Origin: Geosiphon pyriformis uo1 | Lineage: Eukaryota; Fungi; Glomeromycota | Direction of reading: 5' to 3' | NCBI GenBank assembly: GCA_016748015.1 | Contig: JAAOMT010000518.1 | Coordinates: 124,001 to 188,000 of the forward strand | Length of the DNA: 64,000 bases | Part shown: positions 39,359-52,449 of the stretch, in pieces | Position numbering within the stretch: the first letter of the stretch is position 1 | Layout: every line of letters starts with the position of its first letter | Position numbers and translations under genes: made by a program | The notes under the pieces: generated by a model | Database searches by the model: none | What the model saw: the letters and a program-made list of their open reading frames with translations, nothing else | Told to the model about the DNA's origin: nothing

Positions 39359-41630
39359 TTTTTTTTTTATTAGAGTTTAATAAACAAGATCCAATCATTA
39401 TCTAATACAATATGACCATATAGAATCTTAAATTAAATGTGGTTCACGTGTTTTCTACATGTAACCAGCTACTTGAGCCAGTTCAGGTTATACTATGTTG
39501 ATGCACTAAAAGAAAACTTATCCAAAGATGACATTTTTTGAATGACAAGAAACAAAGTCACACTGCAAAGAACCAATCCAACCAGTCATTCAGCTGTCTT
39601 CAAGGCATTAACTTTAATATCAATAGATTCATGTTTCCAAAGGAACATCAAGTTAAAAAACACTTCATTATCCAAACCAACTGGGTGTTTTGAATCACCA
39701 GACATATCAATATCCTCCATGTAGCATTCTTTTTTTAAAGAAACCACTTCTCTTCCCAACTTATCAACAATTTTACTAAAAGAATCCAAATGTATTATAA
39801 TCTCATTAACTTTAAAGCCAAGTTTACTGCTTAAGACCAAATCTCTATTAATAAAATGTTTGAACAATTTGACCAAAAAACCAACTGGTTTAACAATAGA
39901 CTCAACCAAAGCAGAAAGCTTGACCAAATCAAACTTCAAAGAAGCCAACTGAAAAGACACTAAAAGATTACCAATAATTATAGAAGAAGAAACAGGAGCT
40001 GCCAAGAGAAGAAACTCAGAAGAATTCAAGAAAGCAGAAGCTTTTACATAAGAAACACTACTCATAAAATGTGTTCTAAACACTTTGGGAGCCTTAAGAG
40101 AGAGAGGTGAAGAAACTTTGCAGTCTACAGCCAAATGGTTCACCTCTTAATATTTAAAGCAGTGTTGACAATTAGGGATTTTCCACCAAATACGGCATTT
40201 TCTTAAGGTACTAGTTTTGACAATTGCAGAGTCCAAATCAATTTGGAAACCAAACATAACCAGAGCAAATTAAAAACAACAACCAGAATCAAGCAAACAA
40301 AGAATGAAACAAGTCTGGCCACCAACCTAAAAGATCATATCACTAATCTCAAAAACAGTACAACCAGAAAAAAGATTGACCAACTTGGCCTTAAACTGAT
40401 CACAAAACAAAATTGTCTTATTTTGATTGATAAGAGAAAAAATATAAACACTATCTTTGTCCACCAAAATCAACCAGTAAATAAGAGCAAAAGCAGCAGC
40501 ATCCAATTTTTTAAAGTAAACAATCACATATTGCCAAACACTAGCAGGTTTCAGTATGACACAAAAAACTTCACCAAAAACACTAAGAGCTGACTTAATA
40601 TTAGCAGCAGATACATCCAAAGGCACATCACACAGTGCAATAGCAGCAAAAAAAGAACTAGACTCAGAAACCACCAAAGACTTGGCAATTTTAAAAGAGG
40701 CAAGATGAACAAAGCTTGTAAGCTCAACCAAAAATGCAGCATTTAGAGAACTTAGGGAAGCAAACTCCACACAAAAGAGTTTTATATTGTCCTTAGAAAC
40801 AGATTTTGCACCCAAAAAACCATGTATAGACTAAAAAACAGTCTTAACATAAGCCAATTTGATCTTAAAAATAGCATCAGACACCAAAAAAGAGGCCATT
40901 CACTCAGCAAATCTTTAATAACTAGCAATAGTTTCCCAAGCACTACCAGCAGCAGCACCAGAAACCAGAAAGGGAGATGATTTGGTTTCCATTTGGTCAG
41001 CCCAGTTTTCTGAAACAGATAACACTACAAAAGATGATTGGTTTGCTTTTAAAACTGGTAATGACCTACTAGAAGACTCTACATTTGACAACACAATTAG
41101 TAATTGATCTTGGCCTATCTTAGATATGTGCTGGATGATATTATAAAGATCTCATCTAAAATCTCATTGGAAACCACAAAGAGGTTTAGTGTAACAATAG
41201 CAGAGGCAAGCGACTGCCTCTACTTTTCTGAACTTTTGGTCTTTTTGACCATTTTTTTTAAAGAGAAGGTGTTAACAGCACCAGATGTTGAAGCTATGAA
41301 GGGGAATACCAGCTTGTTAACTGGTCTATTATTAAATATTTTTGGGCTCTTAGTAGGAGTAAAGGCAACACTGGGACTAATCCAAGTGTGTCTTTTTGAA
41401 AAAACTTTAACTGGTAAAAAACCAGTCAAAAATGAGAAAGTTGCTTTAGTAGCTACCAAAGGCAGCTTTTTATGATTATTAGGTAAAGGAAAGGCTTCTA
41501 AAACGTTCTGCCTAGTTGTTTTTACTACAGAAAGAGCTCTTCTGGTTAAAATTTTATTAAATATTAGGTATAGCTTTCTTACTCTTTGCTTTGATTATGG
41601 TCATAAAATTAAGGAGACAAAGAGTGTTTA
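39359..41630 (-). mobile_element. ORF1-only non-autonomous LINE derivative (half-LINE), ~2.3 kb
   Basis: A single disrupted ORF of ~700 codons (ATG 41604 to TAG 39493). It has an ORF1-like RRM region (IALCDVPLDVSAANIKSALSVFGEV..WQYVIVYF) and a degenerate knuckle CFK(Y)xEVNHLAVDC. The LINE 3' motif and poly(A) follow directly, with no APE or RT. Confidence 0.8.
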
Positions 41631-42505
41631 CTTATTTTAAAAAGTTTTATAAAAAATTAAACAATTAAAAACAAACAAATATTATTTTAATGCTTAAGTT
41701 TTAAATTAATTTATTGTTAAATTAAAAAACAAACTTATCAAAAAAGTTTAATTATATGTTTTATAAGACTTAGTTTCTGTTATTTACAAAAAAAGTTGTA
41801 AATTATTTTACTAACTAACAGCAAAAATATTAACTAATATAATAATAAAACCAGAACAATTTTTTATCATTATTATCTAATAATTAATTTTAAAATTCAA
41901 ATTATTATTATTATTACTATTACTTATCTATTATTTTTTTAGACTTCAAACAAATTATTATTAATTTGTTTTATTACTAATATAATAACAACAATATTAT
42001 TAATTATTAATAAGAAAATTGATTTAATTTAATCAATTTTTATTACAAAATTATTTTTAATTAACAAATTTTAGAAATAGTTTTAACAATTAATTATTTT
42101 ATAAAATAACAAATAACAATAACCAAAATATTTTATACTTAATTTAGTTTTTTAATAATATTTAAAGATTAAATTTTTATTAAACTGTATTTTTTAAAAA
42201 TAAAACTTTAGTACAACAATAAAACTTTTTTAATAATATTACAATTTTATTAACAAAAATAACTAAAAATATTAATTTATTTGATATTTTTTTTTTGAAT
42301 TTAAAGTCAACAAATTATTATTTTTATTTAATAATATAACTGTATTTAAACAAAAAGTACAATAATATATATTAAAACCAAAATTAAGAAAAAGTTAATT
42401 TGGTTAATTTTAGATAGTAAATCTGTTAAAAATATTATTATTTACTAACTAATACAAAAACTTAATAAAATATTAAAAAATCAGCTTAAACAGTAATTAT
42501 TGCAG

Positions 42506-44955
42506 TTTTTTTTATTATATATTTTACAAGTATAGTCCAACTATTACTTAAAACTATAGAATTATATAAGCTTTTATATTAAGTATGGTTTATGTATTTT
42601 CTATATATAACCAGTTATTTAGGCCAATTAAGATAACACTAAGCATCTAAACTACTTACAACAAAAAGATTATGCAAAAAACTAAAATAAACACTAAACA
42701 ACCAAAGATACAAACCAAAACAAACATAAATATTCAGCCTAATATTGAAATCAAAAATCATATCAGAAAACCATAAGAATACTAAACCAAAAATGACCAG
42801 TATCACAAATCTATTATATAGTAAAAAGCCACACTTTATATAATATGTTTTTAGCTTGGCAATCAGCAATTATATAGTAAATCTGTAATCTTTAACAAAA
42901 CCACAGACTAATTTAATAATCAGAGATATACTATTAGAATCACCACTTAGTAAATATATTATATCAACTATCTAATCCTTTATTATAAACTCTTTGATTA
43001 AAGACATATATAAATAATCTAAGGACTTAGTTTTATATAAAGATTTTATTATTACATTATTAGTGGCATAAACATCCAGTAAGCTAGATTAAATTTTAAT
43101 AGTTGTCAAGATCAAGTTTTTCCTAGCACTAGTATTGTAAGTACAAGAAAACATGTAATCTAAGTTCTTAATTAACTTATATCAAATACACAACATATTA
43201 GGATAGCTTAAATTGTACAGCCTTTTTCTCACAACTACAGGTAATTAGTAATGTAGAGCTTTTATAAAGTAAGATTAAAGTGCTGCAGAAACAGAGTTGG
43301 TAAAATTAGCTCAAAATTAACTATCAGAATGCCATACATTAAATGTTTTTTTCACATTAATTTGGTCATGTAGAGTACTATCTACAGCACTATTTGCACA
43401 CTTAGAATTTTAATCAACAAAATTAACAGCATCAAAAATACACCTAACAAAATAATGAGTGTTCTCAAAAACAAGTTTGTTTTTAATAAATAGAAAATAA
43501 CATAACATACTAATTGGCAATATGAAATCAGATACAGTGGCAATATTAGCCAAAAAATCAGCATGCTTATTGTCAATAATTCCAAAATAATTCCTAATCT
43601 TGTTTCAATAAACTGACAAATTCTTTGATATAATTGTCTTGTAAATATGCTCTCTTTTTATTTAGCATTTATTGTAAAAATTAGGACTTGTATTTTTCTT
43701 AAACAAAGCATACATATCCAAAAACACTTAATTATCCATGTACAAATCAACTAAACTAAATGCTGGAATATTTTCTAAAGCAAGAACAATGACTTGCAGT
43801 TCCACCATAGTTGAAAAGAGCAGGTTATATACTTTAACTTTTATATTTTTACCAATATTCGGAAAGTAAACAGCAGTACTATCATGAGCACTAACAAACT
43901 CCAAATTTTTGATTAAACTGTTTATATAAACAATTATACTACTAGATTTATTTTTCAAAAGATGCTTACTAACAGATTTAAAATTGGTCAAACAGCAACT
44001 AGGAGTAAGATCAGAAGCTAAAAAGCCACTATTAATTAAATTGTTATTTTCAATAAACTTGACTAGCAAATTAAACCAACTAGGAATTAGTTTCTTGGAA
44101 TATAATTTCTTTTATCTGCAAAAATTACTCTATATAAAACACATGTTTTAATAATCCAAAAGCTAATTTGTAAAAATAATACCAAATCTCTTTAATGAAT
44201 TTATTATATCCAAATATTAATCCAAGTTCAATATGTTAATAACAGTAACATTATTATTAACTTGGAAAACATTTGGCAGATCAATACCCAAAAAAAGTTT
44301 ACATATTACCAAAATGTTAGTTATATTAGCCAAAAAGCAATTCATAGAATTAATCAATAACATAATTGGAAAATTAAAAGATTGCTAGAACATCTAACTG
44401 ATAGTCTGCAATTTATAGCTTTGTGTTTGAATAACTTGCTAAGAATATCTTTTAAGTTGACAAAAATTACCACATTTACCAGAAGTTTTCTGTCTGTATT
44501 TATTTAAAAGCTTTAAGATTATATAACTTAGAATAAAAAATGGCTTTATTGGAGAAATTTTTAGACAAATTGGTCTTTAGCTTAAGTCTTTTTCTTAACA
44601 ATCTGTCTTATTTTTTACACATATTTGCAAAAATATAACTGAACTGCAATCTGTAACCAACAATTGGTTGTAAAACAGCAAACACCAAATAAAAAAACTG
44701 TTTGTCTAATACTATTTTTTTTAATACTAAGTTTGTAAAAAACTTAATACCAAACTAAGCTTTAAAAAACTAGGCTTTAAAAGACCATCAGTAAACAGAA
44801 AAATGCCCAAGTATCTATGAGATTTGCTTTTTTTAATAATAAAAATATTTGATCTATTTATTAACAAATAATAAATTTCTACCCTTTGGTTAATAGGTAT
44901 AACTACTGTCTTATCTGTATTTATTAAAATATTATTGACCTAAAAAAACTCATTT
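42506..44955 (-). mobile_element. 5'-truncated decayed LINE (RT C-terminus, RNase H, C-terminal domain)
   Basis: RNase H remnant IIVYINSL..STMVELQVIVLALE..VDLYMDN (43728-44069) and a C-terminus similar to ORF 35503-35946. The 3' motif is at ~42525-42640 with a T-tract at 42506. Confidence 0.85.
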
Positions 44956-45416
44956 GTTACAGTTAATAATATAAAAAAAAACCAATTAAAAAAATTGATA
45001 ATTTTATTATTATTATTAATAAAATCACTATTTTAGTTAAAGTTTTAATTATAAATACATTTTAATATTATATTTTTGTTAAAAACAATTGGTTTTTTAA
45101 AGCCAATACAAATTTAGATTAAAAACTCAATAATTAAAATTTTTATACCAAAAACAATACATTAAAATATTTGTTATTTGTAATACTTTTAACAAATATT
45201 CTAAAAAATTTTTAGTATTTAAATTTAAAGAAAAAAAAAAGAAACTTATATGATATTTAATTTATAACTTAATTAATCTAAAAAAACAAAACAATAATTA
45301 TTTAAAAATTATATATTATTATTAAATAGTTGAGAGAAAAACTTTTTTTTCTCCTTTGTCCAAATTCCCAAAAAAGAGTTAAAGTTTTTTTGAAAGAAGT
45401 TTTTTACAATTCAGTA

Positions 45417-47271
45417 TGATAAATTTAAACCCTTTATTCTTGACTACAAAGTCACCATTGGCTGTAGTATTGCTGTCATGAAAAAGACTGCTAAGATTTC
45501 TGGTTTTAGTAATGGCTCCAGGCCTGTTTTTTCAAGAAAAAAAAAGAGAGGTGGTGTTTTAGAGGATGGTTTTGGTGGTAATATTGTTGGTCCTAAGGTC
45601 TAGATTAGTCATTCATGGGGTTCAGAGACTGGTAACACTACTGAGTCTGATAGTATTGATATAGAAAAGGAATGTCTGATGGAAGAGACCAGTTTTGATT
45701 ATGGTAAAGATGGTGTTTTTGCTGGTAATACTGATCAAACACTTACTGGTTTAAAAGTTAAAACCAAGAAGACATTGGGCAAGCCTTTGGGAAAAATTGA
45801 TTTCTCTTTAAGTGACAATGATAATAATGTTTTTTTAGATGCTCCATTGGAGCTCCCCCTATCTTTAAAAAATCTGGTCAACATCTCTGTTCATAAATCC
45901 TTCACTTTGGATATTGGTTTGAACAAGATGGTTGAGAAATCTTTTCAAAAAAAACTTCAAATAGTCAGGAAGTTGTTTTCAAAAATCAATGGTTTTGGGG
46001 AAGCCTCTACCCTCTCAAAATTTGCTGGGATCATCAGAGCAATATTTACTTCTGAATTAAGTTTGGCACAGGCTTCCAAAAAGGCTGAAGAAGTAAAGAT
46101 TATAGTAAACTCCAATCTCAAAAAATTATCTGGGCATTCAGATCAGACTGTAGTGTTAAAGAAGATTCCAATTGGTACATTAACTAAGACTGTACATACT
46201 GTGCTATCTGAGTTTGGCATTATTAAGTCAATCAAGATGCAATTGGTGGGGCTGTGGCAGAAAGCAGTGGTTGAATTTGGTCAGATTGAGCATGCTGATT
46301 TGGTTACAACACATTGGTCTATCTTGATCAGAAAAGATGCTATGCATGTTGCTAAATCTAATGTGAACAAAGAATTATAGGATGTGTGAGATGTTTACAA
46401 AGCTCTTTTGTACATTCTGTTAATAGAAACCAATGCACATGATATTTGGGATTATGTTGCTTCAGTGGGTGAAAAAACTTGTGTAATTAACTGTCATCTG
46501 GTTTTTTATGCCCAGGCCAGGTGTACTATTGTTTATTTTGATTCTGCTGAGTCATTGGATGCTGTCATAGAAATCACACCTGTTTTAAAGGAGACCAATC
46601 TGTGCTGGTCTTGTTTTGTTTTAGCCAAGTGTGCTGGATGTGAGAAATTGGGCCATACATTATTGGCTTGCCATATTGGTGAGAAAAAAAATGTTCTTTC
46701 TGGTGCTTCATTATAGAAAACTCTCTCAAACTCAGATAAAAGTAGGCTGGCTGCCATATATGCCAAATGTTCAGCTCCAGTTGCTCATTCTGTTTCTTTT
46801 GGTGGTATTTCATGAGCACAAATTGCTGGTGGATCTTCTTTCCTTCCTTCTCCTGTTTGAAATGTTTTGTTGAAAGCTGGCTCCTCTTTAGAAATGAAGC
46901 CTATCCCATGGGTATCTTTGAAATTAAATGATAGGTTTGTCACTTTTGAGCACAGTCTTACCAGTTTTGCAGAGCGTGTTGACATGTTGGCTAAGAGGTT
47001 GAACACATCTGAGCCAACGGTTTCTCAGCTTAGCCCTGGATGTTAGCCATTGATGATCTCTTCATCACAGAATTAAGGGGCAAATATAGTGATGAGTGAG
47101 GGTTTGGGTGTGGCCACTGGTGATGAGACTGTTGTGGAAGCAGTGGTTTTTGATCCTACAGTTATTTCAAGATTGAAAAAAACATTGAACAATCTTTTAA
47201 TTACAGTTATGAATCTTTCGGCTAAAATGGACAATGCTGATTTGGTTTCTACTCCTCTTCTTTTTCAATGA
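45417..47271 (+). pseudogene. LINE ORF1 (RRM-like + CCHC knuckle + coiled coil), disrupted by stops
   Basis: VVLKKIPIGT..VLSEFGIIKSIKMQLVGLWQKAVVEF and CAGCEKLGHTLLAC. The stop TGA overlaps the ORF2 ATG. Confidence 0.85.
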
Positions 47272-50200
47272 GTGATAAGATCTAGAAAGTCGTGACTTGT
47301 AATGTTAGAAGAATGAACAATCCTGCAAAACAGGATGATATTATTTGTTGGCATAAAAAAAAGAACAATCTAGTTTCTATTTTCATGAAGTCAAAGTTGA
47401 AAGGAAAGATTTGCACCTGGATTGTCAACAAATTTGATGGTGTACAGGTGTTTATCTCTGGTTTAGAATCCAGTTATCTGGGTGCTAGTGTTGTGGTTGT
47501 TATGAACTCTTCTTTGGCGAGACATGTGTGCAAAATTTCAAAAATGCTTGGTTGGCTCTTGTTTATCAAGTTGCTTTTCAAAAATAAACTTTCAGTGTCA
47601 ATTTTGGGGCTTTACACTAGTGTTTTTTCAGTGGCCCAGTTTTTTCAGGCTGGCAATATTAACTCTCTTATTGCAAAGGCTGTTAATAAATTTTTTTTTG
47701 TCATTCTTGGAGGTGATTTTAATGAAGACAGTTCTCATAAATGTGCAAGTTTCAAGAAATGCCTGGATTTTGGTTTGGTTAATGCCTTGGGTGGAAGCTC
47801 TTGTAAGAAATTGCCAACTTGATCTAATTCTCGAGGCATTGTTAAAACAATAAATTATGTGCTTATTTCTTCAAACTTGGTTAATGCAATGGTGGGTTAT
47901 AGCATGTTTGGTATTGGGAAATACTTTGATACTAATTATCAGACTGTTTTAGTATTGGTAGGTTTAGGTGGTTTGCTCGATGTCTGATTAAATTCTGTTT
48001 GCAAACAAGCAAATAAGAATTATTGGAAGTACAATTGCAAAGGTGCAGATGATATTAAATGGGCCAAATTTAAGGATGATATGGTGGTAAATGCTGCTAT
48101 GTTATATGATGACTTTCTTGTGACTGGAATACACTTGGACTTGGATGCAATGTGGGTTGCTTTCCATAAAGTGTTATGTTTGTCTGCTAAGGCAGTCTTT
48201 AAGAAGAAATGGTTCAAGAACTATGATTATGTTTTTGTTAAAAAATCATCTAAATTTCACAAGCTGGAGCTCTTAGTGTCGAAGTTAGTTAAGATGTCTC
48301 GTTTGGATTTTTTTGGAGAATTTACATCCTTGTTTGACAAGTGGAAGAGTTTGGATTCAGTTAATGCTTCTGTGATGAAGTCTCTTTTTTTGTCAAATTT
48401 TTCTTTTAATGTTATTTGATCAGTTTTGTCCAAAGTTAGGAAGTTATATCACTTCTCCAAAATATCAGAAGCAGAACGTATTAGGAAATCTAGAATCAGG
48501 TTAGCAATAGATAAGAGGATAAAAAGTTTCAAATTGAACAAAGATTATACTATTAGGAGTGTGTTGAAACATCTTTTTTACAAAGTGACTTTGGATTATC
48601 TAGTCATGGATAATGAATTGGTTTTGGAATCTGATCTGGTTAGAGCCAAAGTGAATGTGATTATAGAAAAATGAACTAGAAAGTGCAATGTGGTTTCTGT
48701 TGTTTCTGGTATATGGCATTGCCAATACCAGCCTTTGGAATATATTTTTGATGATGCTTTTTCTGATGTGATGTGCTCAATTGAATTTGATGAAATGTTT
48801 GGTGTTATCTCAAATCTGTCTGATGGGAAAGTGGCTGGTCTCTCTGGTATCTCAAATAAGTTATAAAAACATTATAACAGGTCAGTTTTGGATATGCTTT
48901 TGGTGCTTTTGAACTTTTGTTTGGATTGTGAATCTGTTCTTGGGCTTTGAAAAGAGGCTTGGATGTCAATGATCCCCAAACTGTATAAGTAGAAGAGTGT
49001 TCTCACAAACATCCATCCTATTGCTTTGATTAAGATGGCTTGTAAAATCTTTTCCAAGATTCTTTTGGACAGGATTTCTTTTGTGTACAGTATGTTTAAT
49101 GTTCTTAGAGGGAATAATTTTTCTGTTCTAAAAGGTATGATCACACAATCTTTTATTTTCACTATTGGATCAGTCATTAAAGATGCTTTGGAAAAGAACT
49201 GTGAACTGTGATTGGTATTGTAGAACATGTGGAAAGCTTATGATTCTGTTGGCTGGGAACATCTTAGAGAGAGTTTAGTCAGGATAAAGATGTATGACAA
49301 GTTCATCTGGTTTTTTGGTGGCATTTACAATAGTCAGGTCAACAGAGTTATAACAGATTTTGGGTTGACCAATGGATATCAAGTGCATGATGGTTTGGAC
49401 CAAGAGGAGGTGTTTTCTTCTCTTTTTTGGCACATATTTTATAATCCTCTTTTGTGTGAAGTCAAGAGACAAGAAAGTGTGTGTGGATATAGATTGAACT
49501 CTCATTTCGTGACCAGGACTGGTTGCTTTGAATCTCAGGCTGGTTTGATTTCTTTTCTTACTGCAGGCATTTTTGTCAATGACACTATTTGGGTTGGTAG
49601 CAGCCAGACTGCTATATAACATATTCTTAATGTCACTAGTGAATTTTTTAGAATCAATGACATTTCAATTAATAATAACAAAATGGTAGCCATTTCCATT
49701 AATTGCAAAGTTTCTGAGCCTTGTTTGCTGATCAATAGTTTGTTTATTTTGATAGCCAAGAAAGAGGAGTCTCATCAATACTTGGGCATTTATCTGTTTA
49801 TTGAGAGTTTGTCAAAGTCTAGCTTGGTTAGAGCCTATCTGAATGTCCAGTTTTTTACCAATCTCGTGCTGAGGAAGGCTGTCTCTGATAAACAGTTCTC
49901 ATATTTAGTGTTAGCAGTTCTTCACCCCATCATTGTATATAGGATTCAGTTCAGTTTTGTTTCTATTAACGTGTATGTGAAATAGAACACTATGATTTGC
50001 AAGAGTTTAAAATCCAAATCTGGCTTGCCACATGACTTTTTCAATGATGCTATTCACCACCCTTTTCTGTATAGTTTGAAGTCTTTTAAACAGATTTAGG
50101 CTAAAGGCAAGTCAGTTTTTGTTGTTGGTTTTACCAATTCTGTTGGTATCTTGGGCTGTTTGTTTGCACATAGATCACATAACTTGCAGGTTCTCAGCTG

Positions 50201-50662
50201 GTGCCCTCACCATCCTCTGTTTTTCCCTTCTTATATTAATATCAACCCTTCAAACAATTTTTTGGCTGGCATTGTCTGAATTTTTTTGGGGTGCAATTTT
50301 TCTCTAGGTAATCTTGTGACCAATGCTTTTCATTTTCCAAGTAGAACCCCTATGTTTGTCATTCTTGGTGAGCCCACCTTTTATAAATGTGTCTCTTTAC
50401 TTCAGCAATATGGAATTGTCTTTGTTGAACAGCTTCGCAGTCATACTGGTTCTGTTTTTAAATAGAGGACTTTCAAGCAGTGGAAAAGATTGGACTTTTG
50501 AGGCCCAGTTTCTCATTGGTTTGATGTTTCTGTTTGCTATCTGAATAATTCTGGGCCACCTTCTATTTGTAATTTTCTGTTGCCATGTATTGATTCATCT
50601 AATATTCTTGAGTCTTATAAGTTTGAAGTTATATGTAATCATCTGTTGAAGGTTGATTCTGG

Positions 50663-51644
50663 TGTTACCGGAGATTTTTTGGTCTCTTTTTTTAAATGTT
50701 GTCGATGCTTGTTTGCTGCGAATTTACGTTTTTTGAATGTGGTTAAACCTTCAATAACTGAATTTATCTTCAAATTATCTCCTATAATTTGAACTGCTGG
50801 GCTTATAAGTGGAATAGCCAATTCTGTGCCAGTTGCTTTATGTAGTTACGTTGTAGTAAATGTCAACTCTTTCCCAGAAAATGCTCGTCTGGAAGCTCAC
50901 TAAAAAATGTGTAGTTATTTTGCTGTGAAAGTCAACTCTTCTACAAGAATTTCGTCTGTAGGCTACTCTAATGATTGTAATAAGAAAAGAAAAAAAAATA
51001 AAAGAAATGTAAAAGAAAATAAGATTTTATCAAGGGAAACGTTTTCTATCCAGGCCTGAAGTCACTAACAGTTTACTGAAATTGGTAGCTAATCAATTTC
51101 AAAACGTTTGTTGGGTTTTGGAGATTTTTCAAGTGCAATAATTAAAGAATTTGGTTTTTTAAATTATTTGGTATTTATTTCTTTGTGTGTGTGTAGGAAT
51201 GGTTCTAAGTGATAAATCTAAAGTAAGATACATTTTTTTGAAGAGAGATGTTCTTCTTTTATACAACTTGTCATAACACTATTTTATGAACTTGAACTTT
51301 GCTATTTTCTACAATTTTGCTGAACTAAAGATACATTTTGGCGAACTACAAGTTATTTCTGCGAACTATTAGATATTTTGGTAAACTATCAATTATTTTG
51401 GTGAATTTCTACAAATTTCGGCAAACTTTTTGAATGTTACATAGTTCGGGATATTGCATGATTTAATCATTGCAATTAGGTTACATTTGTGTTGTGTACA
51501 AATTGGGTTATTAATTAAATAATAATTTTGGACATTTTGTTAATGTAATAAGTGATAATTTGAAACAATAATATATGCTAATTAATGGTAGGATTTATAA
51601 GATAATTTCATGCTAAATAATATCTCTAATTTTGTCTGATAACA
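50663..51644 (-). repeat. 3' LTR (982 bp)
   Basis: Direct repeat of 59539-60521. The PPT GAAGAGAAGATTA is at 51645-51657 (minus). Confidence 0.95.
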
Positions 51645-51655
51645 TAATCTTCTCT

Positions 51656-52332
51656 TCAAGACTGAGCTCCATCGAAGTCCAAGTACTGTCTCTAATTTCC
51701 AGATAGTAATTCACAATTATTGAAGAAATTTGGTCTGAAAATTGTTGAAATTTCAGTTCTGTGAGCTTTTCAATGTATTGAATCTTCAAAGGTCATAAAA
51801 TTGGGTTTTGTAGGACATTTTCACAGATGTGGAATAAGTCATAAAGTTTAAGAGCAGCTCTGAGCTTGTAGTGACTGTTTGTTGGTCCAGCTGTTGTCTT
51901 GAATTCGTTGTGAAATTGTTTCTGAATAGCTTCTTTTGTAAGGTTTGCTGTTGTAAGTTCCAGTTTCCGTTCGTAGAATGTTTTTCCAATGTAGAAATAT
52001 CTATAGATTGGAGAATATTCAGTGTTTTCCTCATTGAGACACAGTTGAAGTCTTTGTTGAATTGTAGCATTTGGTGAAATACTAATTGGTGTGAGCATTA
52101 GGTTTTCTCTTAAAACAAGCTTTAAAAATTCTGGCAGGTGAATTCCAGAATAACTTCTTGTGTTCTTCTTATATGAGTGATATTTTCATGAATTTGGGGC
52201 TAAATTTGTAACTATTTCTGTTTGGGTATAATTAATGTGGTTTCCAGTAACAGTAATGGATAATTCGAGTATTGTTTTTAAAGCTAACATTAGTTTTTGG
52301 AATAATTGTTGAATGTTTTGAGGAATAGTCAT
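51656..52332 (-). pseudogene. Additional ORF downstream of integrase, function unknown
   Basis: ATG at 52332 (MTIPQNIQQLFQKLMLALK). It contains YRYFYIGKTFYERK..YKLRAALKLYDLF and ends DFDGAQS* at the PPT. It is frameshifted. Confidence 0.6.
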
Positions 52333-52449
52333 TATAGGAGATTTGAAATAAAAGAAAATTATTTTTGGTGTATGGGTTTTTATGTTATTTTTGTTTTGTT
52401 TTTGTGAGATTGTTTCTAAATTATAAGGGAATAACTAGTAAAATTAAAT

